A stretch of DNA of 64,000 nucleotides, taken from positions 14,138,001-14,202,000 of the forward strand of contig OZ249436.1 in assembly GCA_965235115.1 (NCBI GenBank). The letters are read 5' to 3'. The translations under genes were made by a program, and so were the position numbers. Positions 29,222-44,120 of this stretch are shown piece by piece. Each line of letters starts with the position of its first letter. The stretch's first letter is position 1. The notes below the pieces were generated by a model, which worked only from the letters and a program-made list of their open reading frames with translations, searched no databases and was not told the origin of the DNA. The DNA comes from Laetmonice hystrix. Taxonomy: Eukaryota.

Positions 29222-30824
29222 ACCCAGTGTGGCCAGCACTGGTTGTCACTGGGATTGATACATTGACGTGTCGGACCCAGTGTGGTCAGCACTGGTAATT
29301 GTCACTGGGATTGATACATTGACGTGTCGGACCCAGTGTGGCCAGCACTGGTTGTCACTGGGATTGATACATTGACGTGTCGGACCAAGTGTGGCCAGCA
29401 CTGGTTGTCACTGGGATTGATACATTGACGTGTCGGACCCAGTGTGGCCAGCACTGGTTGTCACTGGGATTGATACATTGACGTGTCGGACCCAGTGTGG
29501 CCAGCACTGGTAATTGTCACTGGGATTGATACATTGACGTGTCGGACCCAGTGTGGCCAGCACTGGTTGTCACTGGGATTGATACATTGACGTGTCGGAC
29601 CCAGTGTGGCCAGCACTGGTTGTCACTGGGATTGATACATTGACGTGTCGGACCCAGTGTGGTCAGCACTGGTAATTGTCACTGGGATTGATACATTGAC
29701 GTGTCGGACCCAGTGTGGCCAGCACTGGTTGTCACTGGGATTGATACATTGACGTGTCGGACCCAGTGTGGCCAGCACTGGTTGTCACTGGGATTGATAC
29801 ATTGACGTGTCGGACCCAGTGTGGCCAGCACTGGTTGTCACTGGGATTGATACATTGACGTGTCGGACCCAGTGTGGCCAGCACTGGTTGTCACTGGGAT
29901 TGATACATTGACGTGTCGGACCCAGTGTGGCCAGCACTGGTTGTCACTGGGATTGATACATTGACGTGTCGGACCCAGTGTGGTCAGCACTGGTTGTCAC
30001 TGTGATTGATACATTGACGTGTCGGACCCAGTGTGGTCAGCACTGGTAATTGTCACTGGGATTGATACATTGACGTGTCGGACCCAGTGTGGCCAGCACT
30101 GGTTGTCACTGGGATTGATACATTGACGTGTCGGACCCAGTGTGGCCAGCACTGGTTGTCACTGGGATTGATACATTGACGTGTCGGACCCAGTGTGGCC
30201 AGCACTGGTTGTCACTGGGATTGATACATTGACGTGTCGGACCCAGTGTGGCCAGCACTGGTTGTCACTGGGATTGATACATTGACGTGTCGGACCCAGT
30301 GTGGCCAGCACTGGTTGTCACTGGGATTGATACATTGACGTGTCGGACCCAGTGTGGCCAGCACTGGTTGTCACTGGGATTGATACATTGACGTGTCGGA
30401 CCCAGTGTGGCCAGCACTGGTTGTCACTGGGATTGATACATTGACGTGTCGAACCCAGTGTGGCCAGCACTGGTTGTCACTGGGATTGATACATTGACGT
30501 GTCGGACCCAGTGTGGCCAGCACTGGTTGTCACTGGGATTGATACATTGACGTGTCGGACCCAGTGTGGTCAGCACTGGTTGTCACTGGGATTGATACAT
30601 TGACGTGTCGGAACCAGTGTGGCCAGCACTGGTTGTCACTGGGATTGATACATTGACGTGTCGGACCCAGTGTGGCCAGCACTGGTTGTCACTGGGATTG
30701 ATACATTGACGTGTCGGAACCAGTGTGGCCAGCACTGGTTGTCACTGGGATTGATACATTGACGTGTCGGACCCAGTGTGGCCAGCACTGGTTGTCACTG
30801 GGATTGATACATTGACGTGTCGGA
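29222..30824. repeat. 53-bp tandem satellite, about 30 nearly identical copies
   Basis: Unit gtgtcggacccagtgtggccagcactggttgtcactgggattgatacattgac. Four units are 56 bp (extra TAA). No unique spacers. Confidence 0.97.
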
Positions 30825-30853
30825 TCCGTGACGTGTCGGAACGGATACAAATT

Positions 30854-31017
30854 CAGTGGGGAATCCAGGGGGCCATAGGAGCTCGCCCCCCTTAGATTTT
30901 CCTTTTATTATTATCAAGGTGCATTAGTACAGTAAAAAATCAAATCATGCAAAGCGTAGCGAGGGTAAATGTTTTCAGGTCCCCCTCCTGCTTATCAAAA
31001 TCCTTGATCCCCCACTG
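30854..31017. mobile_element. Short MITE with CAGTGG-type TIRs (hAT-like)
   Basis: cagtggggaatccagg ... ccttgatcccccactg inverted termini. No clean 8-bp TSD. Confidence 0.6.
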
Positions 31018-34000
31018 ACATTCTGTGTGGCCCGGTCTTCTTCTACTGTTGTCGACAACCTCTTGGCGGTGATGGATTTAATCAAGCTTAGACGGTTGAA
31101 GTATAGTAGCCTACCAATTCGCACCCCGCTGACTGCCACCAGTGCAGCAAAAACCTGCAAAATACCAGAACACGTTGAGTCGCGTGGGTATGAAATAAAA
31201 ACATACCTGGGCATTTCAAGAGATGACTTTATGGGACTTCAAAGTAAATACAGACTCACACAGATTAGTAGGCAATTCATAAGGGGTTCCTACCTTTGAT
31301 GTCGGTTTTCGTCAAACTTAGTATCGTCAGCATGAAACAAAAACACTATCCAAGTGGAAGTCTAGATGATGCATGAGTGCGCCCCAGTATGAACCCATGG
31401 ATCGTATTTTTTGAAAGAAACAATGAAATATAACCCTGGCACGAATATTGGAAACACTCGTTTGGCATGTTGGAAATTAGTCCTGAATGTCAAAGAGTTG
31501 AGAGTGAAATGGCAAGTAATGTATCAAAACACTAAAAGAACATAATTTGGAATTTTCCAACTCGCGACCGACAACCACCTTCTTATGAGAGTATAAAGTA
31601 AGACTGTGCCTCTACTGTCATCTTGACAAAAAGCTATTTTGTTGTTCCATTACGTGAAGGTCAGGATCCTCCTTCCTTATTCCAATACGGTATACGTAGA
31701 CGTTGAGATGGTCTGATAGTAGGTGTGGCTGTCCCTTGTTTCCTGAGGGTACATATGGAAGTGATAAAGTCCCAGTTTTGTCCATAGCTCGGTGCAGGAA
31801 TCATTCACGTGCACCATTGTCGTATGAGCAAACACATCTGTGAACAATCATGTCAGAACTATAACTCAGTGATGTTTTGTCTGTTGCAGGTGAGTGGTTT
31901 GTACTTGAGTGGTGCTGGCGACCTCGGAGACACTACAGCAGATAAGTGCCGAAAGCTTCCCATTCTCTTTTTGAACATCCTGTTGCTGAACAAGAACTTG
32001 TTCTTCATTACTCCCATTCACCCGTACTATTTATCAAAGTGTAGCCCTCCAGGCAGCGTGGGATGTTAAAATATCAGCCATAGCTTAGGATCATATTGAA
32101 TAAAACAATTCTAGAAGGGAAATTGACTGGCTGTTGTCTGGCCGTCACTGAACTCTCCGAAAAGAATTACCCCGTCCTTTTCAAAGTGGTTATCTCACGA
32201 ATTTCAAGACATACGTAGTGTTTCACAAAAGAATGTCTGCATTGGGGGTCTCCAATATGATCTCCCATACCTTCGATGTGAACTTTGCGGGTATTATGTA
32301 AAATACATTCAAAAAGTCGCCAAATCATATTTCAGTCACTTAAAATGCTTACTTGGCTTCCGAGACCTCTGTAGTTTTTTTTATATCCCTTTGTACACTG
32401 CTATGCAAATTATTTGTACTAGCGAAAATAGATTTCGAATCTACACCACAACAACACAACGTAAAACGATTCGGCGACACGCCAAAACGGCGGATGATCC
32501 CTTTAATTGGACAGATCAGATATATTCCATCCCATTTGACCAATAGAAAAATGTAATGTTTTCGACTCACCATTTTTAAACCCAACTCTTGAAGGTAACA
32601 ATTGGGTAATAATAATAATGATGACAAGAGAAACCACGTGTTAAGTTCAAGGTGTGCAGCGTGGAATTGAACGATACACGCTGAAAAGGGAACCGGAAAA
32701 GGATGGAGTTACCGAAAAGAGAGGGGACTCACCATGTGCCATTACGTATAATCCCCATATGGATTTAACTTTGATCTGCCTATTTAAAGTGTTTCCTGTC
32801 TCAACGTTGTTTTTCTGATGAGTTAGCTAGCATAGATATTGTAATATACAAAGTAAGTAGTATATATAACCTTGGTCCGGCACTCTATCCAGATGTTGGG
32901 ATTCTCAAGGGATTATATAGTCAATTCGTCAAGAATGACGACTTGGACGCGAAATCAAGGTACATGTATTACATTGTATCTCAATGTATACACAAGGATC
33001 GAACCCCCGGTATTACCCCAGGCATGTTTTTATTTGTTTACCCCCTCTCCAGTATTTTACGGCCCTCTCCCAAACTTCAGAACATGTCTCTCAGTATAAA
33101 CAATTACACGGTGATTGAGAGATGATTTAATCCAGACACTAGCGTCTTGGAAACTTCGAAATTCAGGGTAAAAACAAACTTTCACGTCTTTATGACTGGC
33201 TGTAATGGTTGTTCCTGTGAGGTCGGCCCGCTAAAAGAATGGCCATATTAAATGACAAGCAGCAATTCGAACATTGTGACCTTCACAATCCTGCCGATAG
33301 GGGCGGCCTAGCTGGAAATACTTTGTACCACGCAATATGGGAGAGGAAACAAGCGTCTCCGTTTGCATGCGTGCAGTGACCGGGTGGACCGATGTAGACG
33401 AGGCGGGGGCACAGCGAGTTGACCCTTTTATAGATACATGCATTTTCCTTGTTCCTATATCCGATTCTCGGAAAGATTGTTGCTCTGCGGGTCAGCTAGG
33501 GGAAGTTTGGGTAATTGCTTGTGTTTTATTGGTATTAGTCACTATAAACACGTGGTCTGGCTCATGTAAGCAAGTACTAAAAACAAAACTTTTCTTGCAC
33601 TTAGAGGTGTGCGGAGCAAGCAAGTCAGATATTTATTTAATAGTTAGTGTGTAGTACGAATTAAGAGTGCATTTAAAATCCGAACCGCCTCTGTCAATAA
33701 AATTAGTGCCACCCCAGTATGCTGTTGATTAGTATTGTCTACTAATCAGACTCGGTAGACGTATCGTGTTAGAAACTTGTTTTTTCCAAACAGTATCTGC
33801 CGTTGCGCGACTGAAAAAGAGTTGATTGCATGCTACCACCATCAGCACTGTCAAACGTTACATCTCATTCTGCTGAATGATGAGAGGAAAGGAAGAAATA
33901 TTGCTCGGGTCAAGGAAATGTATCCGTAGCCCAGGGTTATATTTACCCTCAGTATAAGACCATTCTGACATGTTGTCATGCAAACGACGTATACTTCAAT

Positions 34001-36999
34001 CTTGACCAAAGAAACGGTGGGCTAACCTTTAATCACTACTGGCAGACAGTCTATTGTAGTAGGCTAGTCTGGATAGCTGCAGCTATCATGTTTTTAAGAA
34101 GCCTGAACATTTTGTATTTTTTAAGAGCATAACTGACATGAAAAATGGTAGAAATGAGCAAAATGGAAAGGAATAATTGGAAAAGGAAATTGCTGACAAT
34201 TTTTTGCTAGAATGAAAACATATAATTTATACATATTATCCCGTATTAAGCAGTAAAATTAGGTTACTTCTCTATTATAAAACCATAAGTGATGTGTAAA
34301 ACATTTTGAGTAGTGTATGACAGCTACCAAAGTTTACAATCAGCAGCAAATGGACACAGAAGCCTCGATTGTTATTTAAAAAGAACCCGACAAGAAGAGA
34401 AAACTGTTATAGCATTTACCGTAAAAAACTTAATTTTAATATAGGGACGGCTCTGTCCATTACATGAATTGTAACCGTATACCTAATACTTAATATTCAT
34501 ATAACCCTTACTTTCTAATGTTCGTGTACAGAGTACTCCGTATAGACTGTGTGAGGGTTGGCCAATCAGGGCCAGAGTTGTCACCGCAGTGGCAGGGAGA
34601 GTTTGGCAGTGAGAACGGGGGCCTGTCAGTTTGTGGGAATGTAACAGACTGGACAATAATAATATAACACAATGCAGTTGTTCATGTTTTGAAACCTGTC
34701 TACCAGATTGAACCAAATACCATGCGGGTTTTAGTTTCGCGGTGGTTCACTGTATTATTATGATATGTCAGGTTGGAACCTTGCTTTATTGGAATGAAGG
34801 AAATTGAAAACATTGACATCCGATCTGGTTTCGTCTTTGTAACAATAAGCCTACGTGACCTGATGTGTTCAGTATTTTACCTCAGATTATTAGCATGAAT
34901 TGTGTCCGCCGATACACATTTAATATAAATATAGACAGTTAACCCATAAATGCTACAGTAGCGTTTCATGAATAAGGAATCTAGTTATCAGAAGAATAAA
35001 AGTATGCTATTTTGAGGACCTAAAGTCAAGTCAAGTAGTGTCTGACGTTCCTAATACAACGGTTATGAAGTAAGACTTACTGCAGTTAGCCTGTCGGATC
35101 AATTGCAGCTGACAAAGTACGAGATTGCATGACTTGAAACAGCTGACAGTGATGAGCAAGCCACTTTGAAATATTTTGACTTGGGGCTTCACATGCATGG
35201 CTTCACAAAGTGACTTCTAGTGGTTTTCATTTCGCCGTTCTTATGATCCCGAGGTTTCGGTTGATGGTGAGTTTAGAGATATGGCAACTCCGGCGAGTTT
35301 TCTCTTAATTCTAGAAAAACGTTCATTTATTTGTTATCCTCGAAAGGATGTCTAGGTTTCATCAATATTTCACTTGTTTGGCTGAAGCCGTTAAAAGTTA
35401 GAGGCTATTTATGCCACAGTTTCCCTTGAAGAATCTGTGGAAGCATGACGTTAGTTGTGGTTCGAAGTATCCGAGGAACTAATGTAAACGGTGAGTTAGA
35501 TGTTTAATTATCCGGAGGCTATCTGGTGATACGTTTCCAGCAAGGATTTCTTGTAATTGGTCCATTAGATGCCGCCAGGATGTAGCTTATTAGGACTGTT
35601 ATAATCAGGCTCCATTGATTGGAACCGAAGACTGATAGTCGGATGTGGTGTACCTAGCTGATGCATTGATGAGTTACTAGAAAGGCAACAACTCATGAAT
35701 ATCGCCCACAGATACGATTTTAGGAGTATTAACATGGTTTTATTTTACTTTCCTTCCTTCTTAATGGGTAGATCATGAAAATTTGGTGTGGCCGGGGGCC
35801 GGGATTGCTTTCAGTATCATCTAATGTAACGTTTCATCCTCACCCCTCCTCATCCGCCAAAGGAGAATAAAGTGTATTGAAAGTTTTATATCTTCAACAT
35901 TATAAGTTTATGGGTAGAAGCTTTATATGCCCCAACGGTAAAAGGAAAACACAGGACGACACAAACGATGTTTTTTTTCCTATTCAGTAATCCAGGTCTG
36001 CTAATGTGTTTTACTGAACAGGCTGTAAGAGTAGCAGTAACTGTACGGATATTACTGGAGATATTGTCAGCAGAGATTCTAGTTTTATAGGCGAGAAAGA
36101 GGACTGGTACAGGGCTGAAAATGTACAGCATTAGCCTAGTATAAAGTATAGAATAATTTGTAGAATAGTGTCAGGTACTGTAGGTGCTTACTAAAAAAGG
36201 AACAGGATGTCTAAAATAACTGTGCCATTAATCGTTGCTGACAACAGGATCCTTTGGGACTATACATTCTACTGCATGGCTCATGCAATTATGTAATAAA
36301 AGCCACTTCACAAAATGGGTTGGGAGGCATGCATGTCCATTTTTATCTGCATTTTACACCTTTACGTAAAGACAGGTCAACATGATGATTCGCTAATGCC
36401 ACTTAGTGGTAAGTTATTATCGTAAATACTCTCGTGGGTAGAATATGTTCACCACTCTTGATAAAAACATAATGCAATATTGAATAGACCTTTCCCGCAA
36501 TTTGGCCGTACTGGTCTCGTCGAACAGATATTTGTAACAGTACAGAATGTCGTAAAAACGATAATTGGATATTAAAGTAATAGAATGGGTTTTAAGTTTG
36601 ATTTCAAAATATTTCCATCCCCTTCAAAAGGGAATTCAATCCCTTTTCGCTGCCAATATTAAAAACCTCTAGTTATAGATACAGCTTCAGTTTTCAATTT
36701 AGGTGAATCCACTTTTTTAGAGGTCAGGAACGAAATAAGTTGTCAGAGTAAGTGAAGCTGACAGGCCCAACTGGCAGCTGTATCACGTGGGTGGGAGAAC
36801 CGGAGGGTAGGAGTTGGGGCAGTGTATCACGGCTGCCTCCTAGCACGATGAAGATAACAGAATCAGGTGGGGCGGAAAGTGTTGGGGCGATTGGCCCTGA
36901 CGGGGGAAGCAGGCGAACAAGGATGAGATGGACCCAAGGCAACTATCCTGGGACTTCAAAGCAATCCTGGGTCAATTGACATGGAGTGACACTTGTTAG

Positions 37000-37210
37000 C
37001 TCAAATACGAATCGTAGTTTGCGGACCTAAAGCCTTCGATAACCAGCCTTTTAGTGTTGTTAGATGGTAGATCTAACTGTCCAAGTGACCACCCTAATGC
37101 AGTGTGTTCAGTTAAAACAGGGAGCAGCATAAATGTATCAGCTTTTCATGGAGCGGAAATCCAACAATTTGAGTTGCTAATAAAGGCGAGGAAAAAAGTG
37201 CTAATGTTGT
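37000..37210 (-). pseudogene. Possible Ty3/Gypsy gag-like remnant
   Basis: STFFLAFISNSNCWISAP*KADTFMLLPVLTEHTALGW..L..LVIEGFRSANY loosely follows a capsid-like F..N.W..KA..L..L..A..W pattern. Confidence 0.25.
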
Positions 37211-40200
37211 GGGAGATTTATATCGAGCATCAGAGCGAGCCCAGGGCCATTTCCTGTAAGGACAAAGCCTGGGATGCTGAAGTATGGAAGGCAGGCTCAG
37301 TGTAAAGGCCAGGGTTAGATGCGGGGGCCCTAGTTTTACCAACTACAGAAGGTTGTAATTGAGATTAACGAGCTGAGATCCTCAAAGTCCCCTGATAGAT
37401 GTCGACGAGCAGAATCTGCTGTTTCCTGCGCAGAAGCTGTCTGAAATATCGAATCCATCACCCATTATGTGTGATATTGCATACAACCTCTGTGCACGGC
37501 ATTAAGTCTGGCGAATAGATGATCAAGACTGGTTAGTACCAGGTACTTACCATGCTTTCTCTTGGAATCGCAGTTCAAAAGATCCGCCCACAGGTAAAAA
37601 AAGGCCATTACTGGTGATCATTCTCTAGTCCTTAATAGGGTCTGTCCTATATTGGTATACAAACTGTTAAGCTCCATTAGAAATTTATACCGAATGAAGG
37701 CAAACCTTATCTCAACGATTGGGCATCATTTTCACCGTTTTCATCATTTCATCATTTATACATGATGAAAATGGTAAAAGTGATGAAGTAAAAGTAAAGT
37801 AGTTTCCTAACTATATGAAGTATTAGAGTAGTACGTACTATTCACTGGCCTTAAAAAAATGTGAACCCATATAAAATTGATGCCCTGGTCATGATTGTAG
37901 CCGCTAATTGCGAGTTCTTCAAGATAGTTTCCACACTACTTTGAGAGAAAAAAGGGAAATGTACTTTTCTTTTAGATCTCCTTCAGTTTGGATAGTGTAC
38001 CCGTCCATCAGCCTGTCTGGGTTGTCTAATCTCAACTGTGAGCTCGTTCTTCTGTTCACATCTGACGTCACAATTTGCAACATTTAGCAGTCCCAAAGGC
38101 ACTTTTTAGATCCATTGTATATTCTAAGAAAGCGCCTCGACACTCCGTCAATCATGATTGAAGGTTACCACACACGAGTTGCGTCATTGATTTCAATTAA
38201 CAGTACTATCTGTCACTGGTACGTTAAACAACGGACGCTTGATGTAAAGAAGCAGTTTTTCAGATCCTACTTCCGTGGACGTGGGGGAGAGGCAGCCATG
38301 GGAGCATGCTGACCTCGGGTAGGGCCTACATCTTAGTGAAACCCAAGGTTGTAGCAGATGTATTGGATGATGTTCAAGATCAATTCCCACATTTGTCAGC
38401 TGAAAGGATGGGCTATGTTACGGGCTTGAACAGCGTTTCTGTCATATCCATCTGTACGAGACGGAAATCCTAGTAGACAGGTGAGATTGAGGTGCCAGTA
38501 CCACCTGTGACTGCCCATCTGTAACAAGGATAGCCATCTTCTGGCTGAGATACCATGACAAACATATACGTAATCAAGCGCTGCAGCATTGCTGAAGGTT
38601 TAAATATATGGATTGCTGGTTTTGGTACATAATGACTACATATGAAAGGGCTGCCCATGGTCATGTTTAAACTATAAACTGTGTACAATGTACGAACGGA
38701 TACAAACTCAGGACTGAGATGGTACTGGAGGATGGTACAGGGTATCAGAGGATCGTTTCCAAATGTTTCAATTATTCAGACTCCGATAACATCGGAATAC
38801 ATGCCACTTCATCTTGATGGTACGGAACTTTTCCATGATATTTTGTGAATATGTATCAAATGTCGCTTACATTGCACGAATTTTTTCGGTACAATATCGG
38901 CTCCAGCTGCGCTGTGATGAAGCCATGAGTGTCAGGTTGTTAACATGCAAGACATCCAGATGAAAATAGATCACCCCGATCTCTCGTTGCTCATGGTGCA
39001 TTGTGTTTCTCGGTGAAGATGAATAGATAGCAATACTTGCAGAAAATGGCCTTGTTCTTATAAAGAGTTATTTTTGCGTCTGACATAAGTAGATACAGTC
39101 AGACGAATTAGCATGGTGGCTGTTAGGTAGGTCAATGAGACACAGATCCTTTATGTGGCGAGGGCGCCACTCATTTATCTAGTGGGCATGGTCAGGAGTT
39201 AATGAAATATGCATGCTGACCCGGTGTCCTCCGCCTCCAGCAGGCTGGAGGAGGGGGCGGCGTCTATACACGCCTCCACCACGCTATCAGGTGTCGATAC
39301 ACGGTAGCTTTGTGCATGAAGTACTCGTGAACGGTCCTTCACAGAAATAACTCGGGTCAGATTGATTGAGGCTGTTGAATAACAAGAAGTATTAGGAGGA
39401 ACAGCACCAGCTGTGTCGGATGGCTGTGATGCCGCTTTGCTGAACACAATCACAGATGAGGAGGCGGAGGCCACCGGAGTCAAAAGGCAGGAATTTATTC
39501 CATCAGTGGCACTCCGTTTGATTTTCTGTCATTGCCAATCAATGGAATTGAATCATAGGTGGACTGGTGGGTGGCAATAGAGAGGGACTATTTGATTGAG
39601 TGTCTCATGACTGTGATTCGCCCATTGTGGCTGTGGGGGCTGCTCCAGTTTATGACTGGCCAATGCCTACTCAGCCGGCCTCTCTCCCCGTGCCCTTGCA
39701 TGTCATACAGGGTAGGGTTATTCATATATTTTGCTTGAAAAGAATGTAGTCGCGTGGTGATGACAGAAATTAATGTGCAGGATGTTTCACAAACTGCCCA
39801 TTTCATGGACAAGTGGCACTAATCGAGTGGCCATGATTCATGGTTCTATCAGGTGAGCTGCCACGTTTTGCACGTTTTGCGTTAAAGTCCTGAAAGCCAT
39901 TGCTCCGATTTGGCAGCTTTATTTGTTTCTTACGATTGCTGGTTTTCTTTTGTACAACCGTTCTCATTTCAATCTGGTCCGAAATGAATCATTAAATAAA
40001 GGAATGAAAATGGAATTGCAGGATAAGTTAGTTTATGTTTTAGCAGAATTAATCGTTTATAAAAATGTGATCTGAGGTAATTCGGTCGTGATGACAATTC
40101 CTGAGATAGTTGAAAACGGAAGTAACATGCGACCAGATTACAATAGTTGAGGGTGACTCATTTAAACGGTTCTCATTTCAGGTTCCTCTTCATCCGGGCT

Positions 40201-40706
40201 ACCATTATTGTAAGGTTTTGTGAGAAATGGACGGGAAGCAGTTGCAAATGAGTTTACATTTCATGAATATTATCGCCTATATGATTTACATGTCTCGTAC
40301 TATCAGTATTTTCATCTTATGTAAATGGAGATGTAATGAAATTACATTCAAATTTCCTCGGGGATATATAATCTGAATATATAACTCGAAAAACAACGTT
40401 ATCTACTTAAAAAGCTATCAGCTTGCCTGCCATGACAACGTTGTTTACATCGTCGTGGGGACAGTCGTCAGTACGTTACAGTCGACTCAGAAAACTATCA
40501 GTATCTTCGAGGAAGGACAGCTTTGGCTGCTGTGTGACTAATTTAGAGACATTCAGAGACTATATTATATATATCGAAGATAGATATAAGATTGTAGGAA
40601 CATCGACGTATGGTAATTTTTGGGAGTTATTTATGGAAATTAATATACAGCGAGGAACTTTTGAATGATCTAATTTGTCCTAGCAAACGAACATTCCCGC
40701 CCTTTA

Positions 40707-40998
40707 GGGGCATACCATATGATACGTGGGGGGGGGGGGGGGGTTATGGTTGTTTTTAACCAAAATAATCTGTTCACCAAACACAGGGGGGGGGAATAGT
40801 TTGTTCATCAAACTACATAAAAGAATGTTTGTTCCTTATGTAATAAAAATATCTAGTATAGTCGAAATGGAGAGAAAAAAGTTTGATTAATGGTCAAGCG
40901 AAAAAAAAGATAGCTTTGGCCTAGGGGCAAAAATAAGTTTGCTCATGAAGAGAAACCATAGCCCCCCCCCCCTCCCCCGGTATCAAATGGTCCGTCCC
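40707..40998. mobile_element. MITE with TIRs and TTA target duplication (PIF/Harbinger, Tourist-like)
   Basis: Left end ggggcataccatatgatacg-(G)n-ttatggtt matches the reverse complement of the right end gggacggaccatttgatacc-(G)n-ctatggtt. TTA at 40704-40706 and 40999-41001. Confidence 0.75.
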
Positions 40999-41130
40999 TT
41001 ACGTAATATGATATGACGACTTAAGTTCTGAATCTAGGACTGCTTTATGATGTACTAATTAATCCCTCGACTTGAGGCATCAAGTTACTCTTTAGATCCT
41101 TTCTGACAGAGTGCTTTTGTACGGTTTGAC

Positions 41131-41234
41131 CGTGGGTAGTATTGTATGTCAGGGGATCGCTGCGGGTAGTACATGATGCCAGGGGACAGCCGCGGGTAGT
41201 ACTTGATGCCAGGGGACAGCCGCGGGTAGTATTC
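41131..41234. repeat. 30-bp tandem repeat, about 3.4 copies
   Basis: Unit cgcgggtagtacttgatgccaggggacagc. Confidence 0.9.
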
Positions 41235-41299
41235 TCTGCCGTGGCTGCAGTCTGTGTTTTCAGGTGAACGCGGTATGCCGACTGCCACTGTCTCAACAA

Positions 41300-44120
41300 T
41301 TCCCAGCGGTATTGCCTTTCCTCCTGCTTATTAGCAGCTGATCTCTAAGTCCGTCACGCCAAAGACATCGCCATTCGATATTAAAGAGGGGAGGTTGATG
41401 TGATTCGAGTTCCATGCGCCACAGGCTTTATACTACTTTATATCATTGAGTAAAATTAAGAGTCTGATGTTCCACATACTGCTGTCTGTCTAAAAGCCAT
41501 AGTACTGAATATTGAGAGACAGTGACGATTATTCGACAAGGCTCTTTAATAGACCCATTGATCGAGACTTTGTAAGGGTGAATGGCGATGCACACATCAA
41601 AGACCTTTCTTTCTGCCCAGTCTGGCAGGGTATTTGACACAGACGTAGAACGTATGTGGAGGTTAATCCAACAGAAGCCTACAAGTCGCTCGAGTGTAGT
41701 AGGTCTAAGAGAAGTGGACCACATCTGAGGGAATCCCTTTAAAGTCAGTGTCTGTGGGTTACAGGGAAGGATGTCCATCCATTGATGATGCCAGGGGCAG
41801 GGATCGTAGTCGGACTACTAGGATATCTAACAGTTATTGATAAAGAGCTTTGAAAAGGATCAAGATATAACTGAAAAGGCATCGGTTTTTTTCCAATAAA
41901 AATACATCTTAAATTAAACTTTCCCAATGCAGACGTCAGTCGGCCTCAACGCCGACTGCGCAGCCATGTTGACAGTCGGTGACTAGATTGTAATGGATAT
42001 TTCGTGTAAAGTACTGTTTTACGTACATAAACGACCCAGGTATCCCTATGGTGGCCTATCATTGGTGAATATGTTACCTGAAAACTGTTTCTCTGTCATG
42101 TATTGTCATAATCCTAGTAACAATGATGAAGTTCATTGTGAGTGACGTAAGCGACGTGTCAGAAATATATAGAAAGCAAGAAAAGGGGAATTACAAAATA
42201 TAAGAAGATATTGTCAGCGAATATAGACCGGGTATTTAGATTTCCATTTAAGAAATTCGATGAGATGTGCTAGCAGAAACATGTGCGGACCCGCTAGTAG
42301 TGTTCTCGAGACCGGTGGCCAAGCTGTGCTGTAGAATGCAGCAGTCGGTTTCAGTCCTGCATCAGCTCTTATTAAGGTTATGAATGGAGCAGGGAATGCT
42401 GCTACATAATGCAAGTACAAGACTTCCAAGGGATGGGAACAAAGCCTGAAGAACTGCCCCCGGGTTATTAGGGCGATTGGTCCAGACACAGACACAGACA
42501 CAAAGAATATCATCAGGATAACTGCACTAGAGCAAGTGCTGGTCTCATTGGTGCATCTGATGTGTTGAATGCCCGGCAGGGTTAAGCTCTGCACGACAAT
42601 AAATTATTGGTCTGTGACGTTTGTGTGCATTGGATAGAGCGTCCGGCACTACTAAATTAGAGATGCAGTAAGAACAATATGCTGAAATGACATTAGATAG
42701 GAGCCAGCGAAGCATTCAAATCCAGGCAGGGTGTAACTTTGGAATTTTTCACAAATAGTGATTAGTTGATACTTTAAGGAGGATGAGAACTTTAAAACGA
42801 TAACTTCGATCTTAAAGCACTGACATTTCATCCATTTTATCCCCGAAATAAATTGCCAATGGCTTTCCATGTTGTTTATCTGACCGACATGAAAAAGGGT
42901 GAAGCAAAGAAAGTACACTTCTATGATTGGCGTGAGTATTGATCATGCCAACTTTAAGGCACATCACATTATTTTGACTGCATGTGATCTGCATGTAGTC
43001 TATGTCCCCTATTAGTTCTAGCAAAGAGAGAGGTTGCACTGATAAGAGAGCATATGATTGGTGCACAGTTCATTCTGAAAGATAAGGAGAGTGGAATATT
43101 GCGTGATTGCACAAACCTTCCATAAAAGTATGCGACAGCCTACGCATGACAGATTCTGTCACAAATGGCAACCACCAATCAGTCTACTTTATGCAGCAGG
43201 ACCACTCTGTACCAGAAGTAACTCTTGATTGGTTGAGCAATGGGTCATGTGACCTCAGACAAAGTTATAGTCAGAGTGGGATGTCGCCTAGGGAATTTCG
43301 ACATTAAAGAATTAGTTTCCCAGAATTTATAGATGAAGGGTCTAATATTATTGCTGCTAAGTCGTACCCAGAGTGCTTCCCTTGTTACCAGTAGATTGCT
43401 TTTATCAGCAAGAGAAAAAGGACCCAATGCAAAAATGTTCTCTCAATGGGATAGCTGCAATCTGATTCGACAGAACTAGTCCAACGGAAATACGATGACT
43501 TGCAGACTTGTTGCCACCATGAATGTCAGCATAGTACCAGATCTCCGGAGAATTCCTCAGATAAATCGAAGAAAGGAAGTTGAAGCAAATCAGGTCTTCC
43601 ATGAGATGAAGAGGGATTTCCTTTTCTGTGGAACGCCTCTGACAGAGATAGATTTGAGTTGATTCCATTCATTGTATGGGTTGAAAGGTCAGAAAGAATT
43701 GCTTCCATATGCTTTTAGCCTTTTGAACCTAGAGAATTGAGTATGTACTATCATGCAGTACATCACACATTCTTGGGAGTGATCGATTGTCGCTCATATC
43801 AGCAGATCTGAAGTAGCTCTGAGTGATCATCCAAATGATCTCGAGCAGGATATTTAACTCAAAACTGGATTAGTATACGTGAGCATCAAAGGTGGAACGG
43901 GAAAGGACATTATATGGTAATTACTGTTTGTTGTGTTTTCCCATTTCTGACTTCATGAATAACTCATAAATACCATGAAGAATATCAAATGCAAGCACGT
44001 TCCAAGGCAGCCCTAATCGCTCTACGTCTTGTATATATTGTAACCCAATAACAAAGGTAATATATAGACAAAACAAGTCGAAATTCAGAATGAAATTTGT
44101 TACCTTCATAAAATTAGACA
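41300..44120 (-). pseudogene. Possible decayed long coding sequence (NACHT-LRR/NLR-like?)
   Basis: A chain of protein-like minus-strand ORF pieces: VLAFDILHGIYEL (Walker-B-like), LHLMEDLICFNFLSSIYL, repeated QSYTLPG/QSLTLPG, and LEVLYLHY (LRR-like). No Walker A seen. Confidence 0.2.

Noticed and set aside
29222..30824. CRISPR array
   Set aside because: Units are contiguous and near-identical with no unique spacers, there are no cas genes, and the context is eukaryotic.
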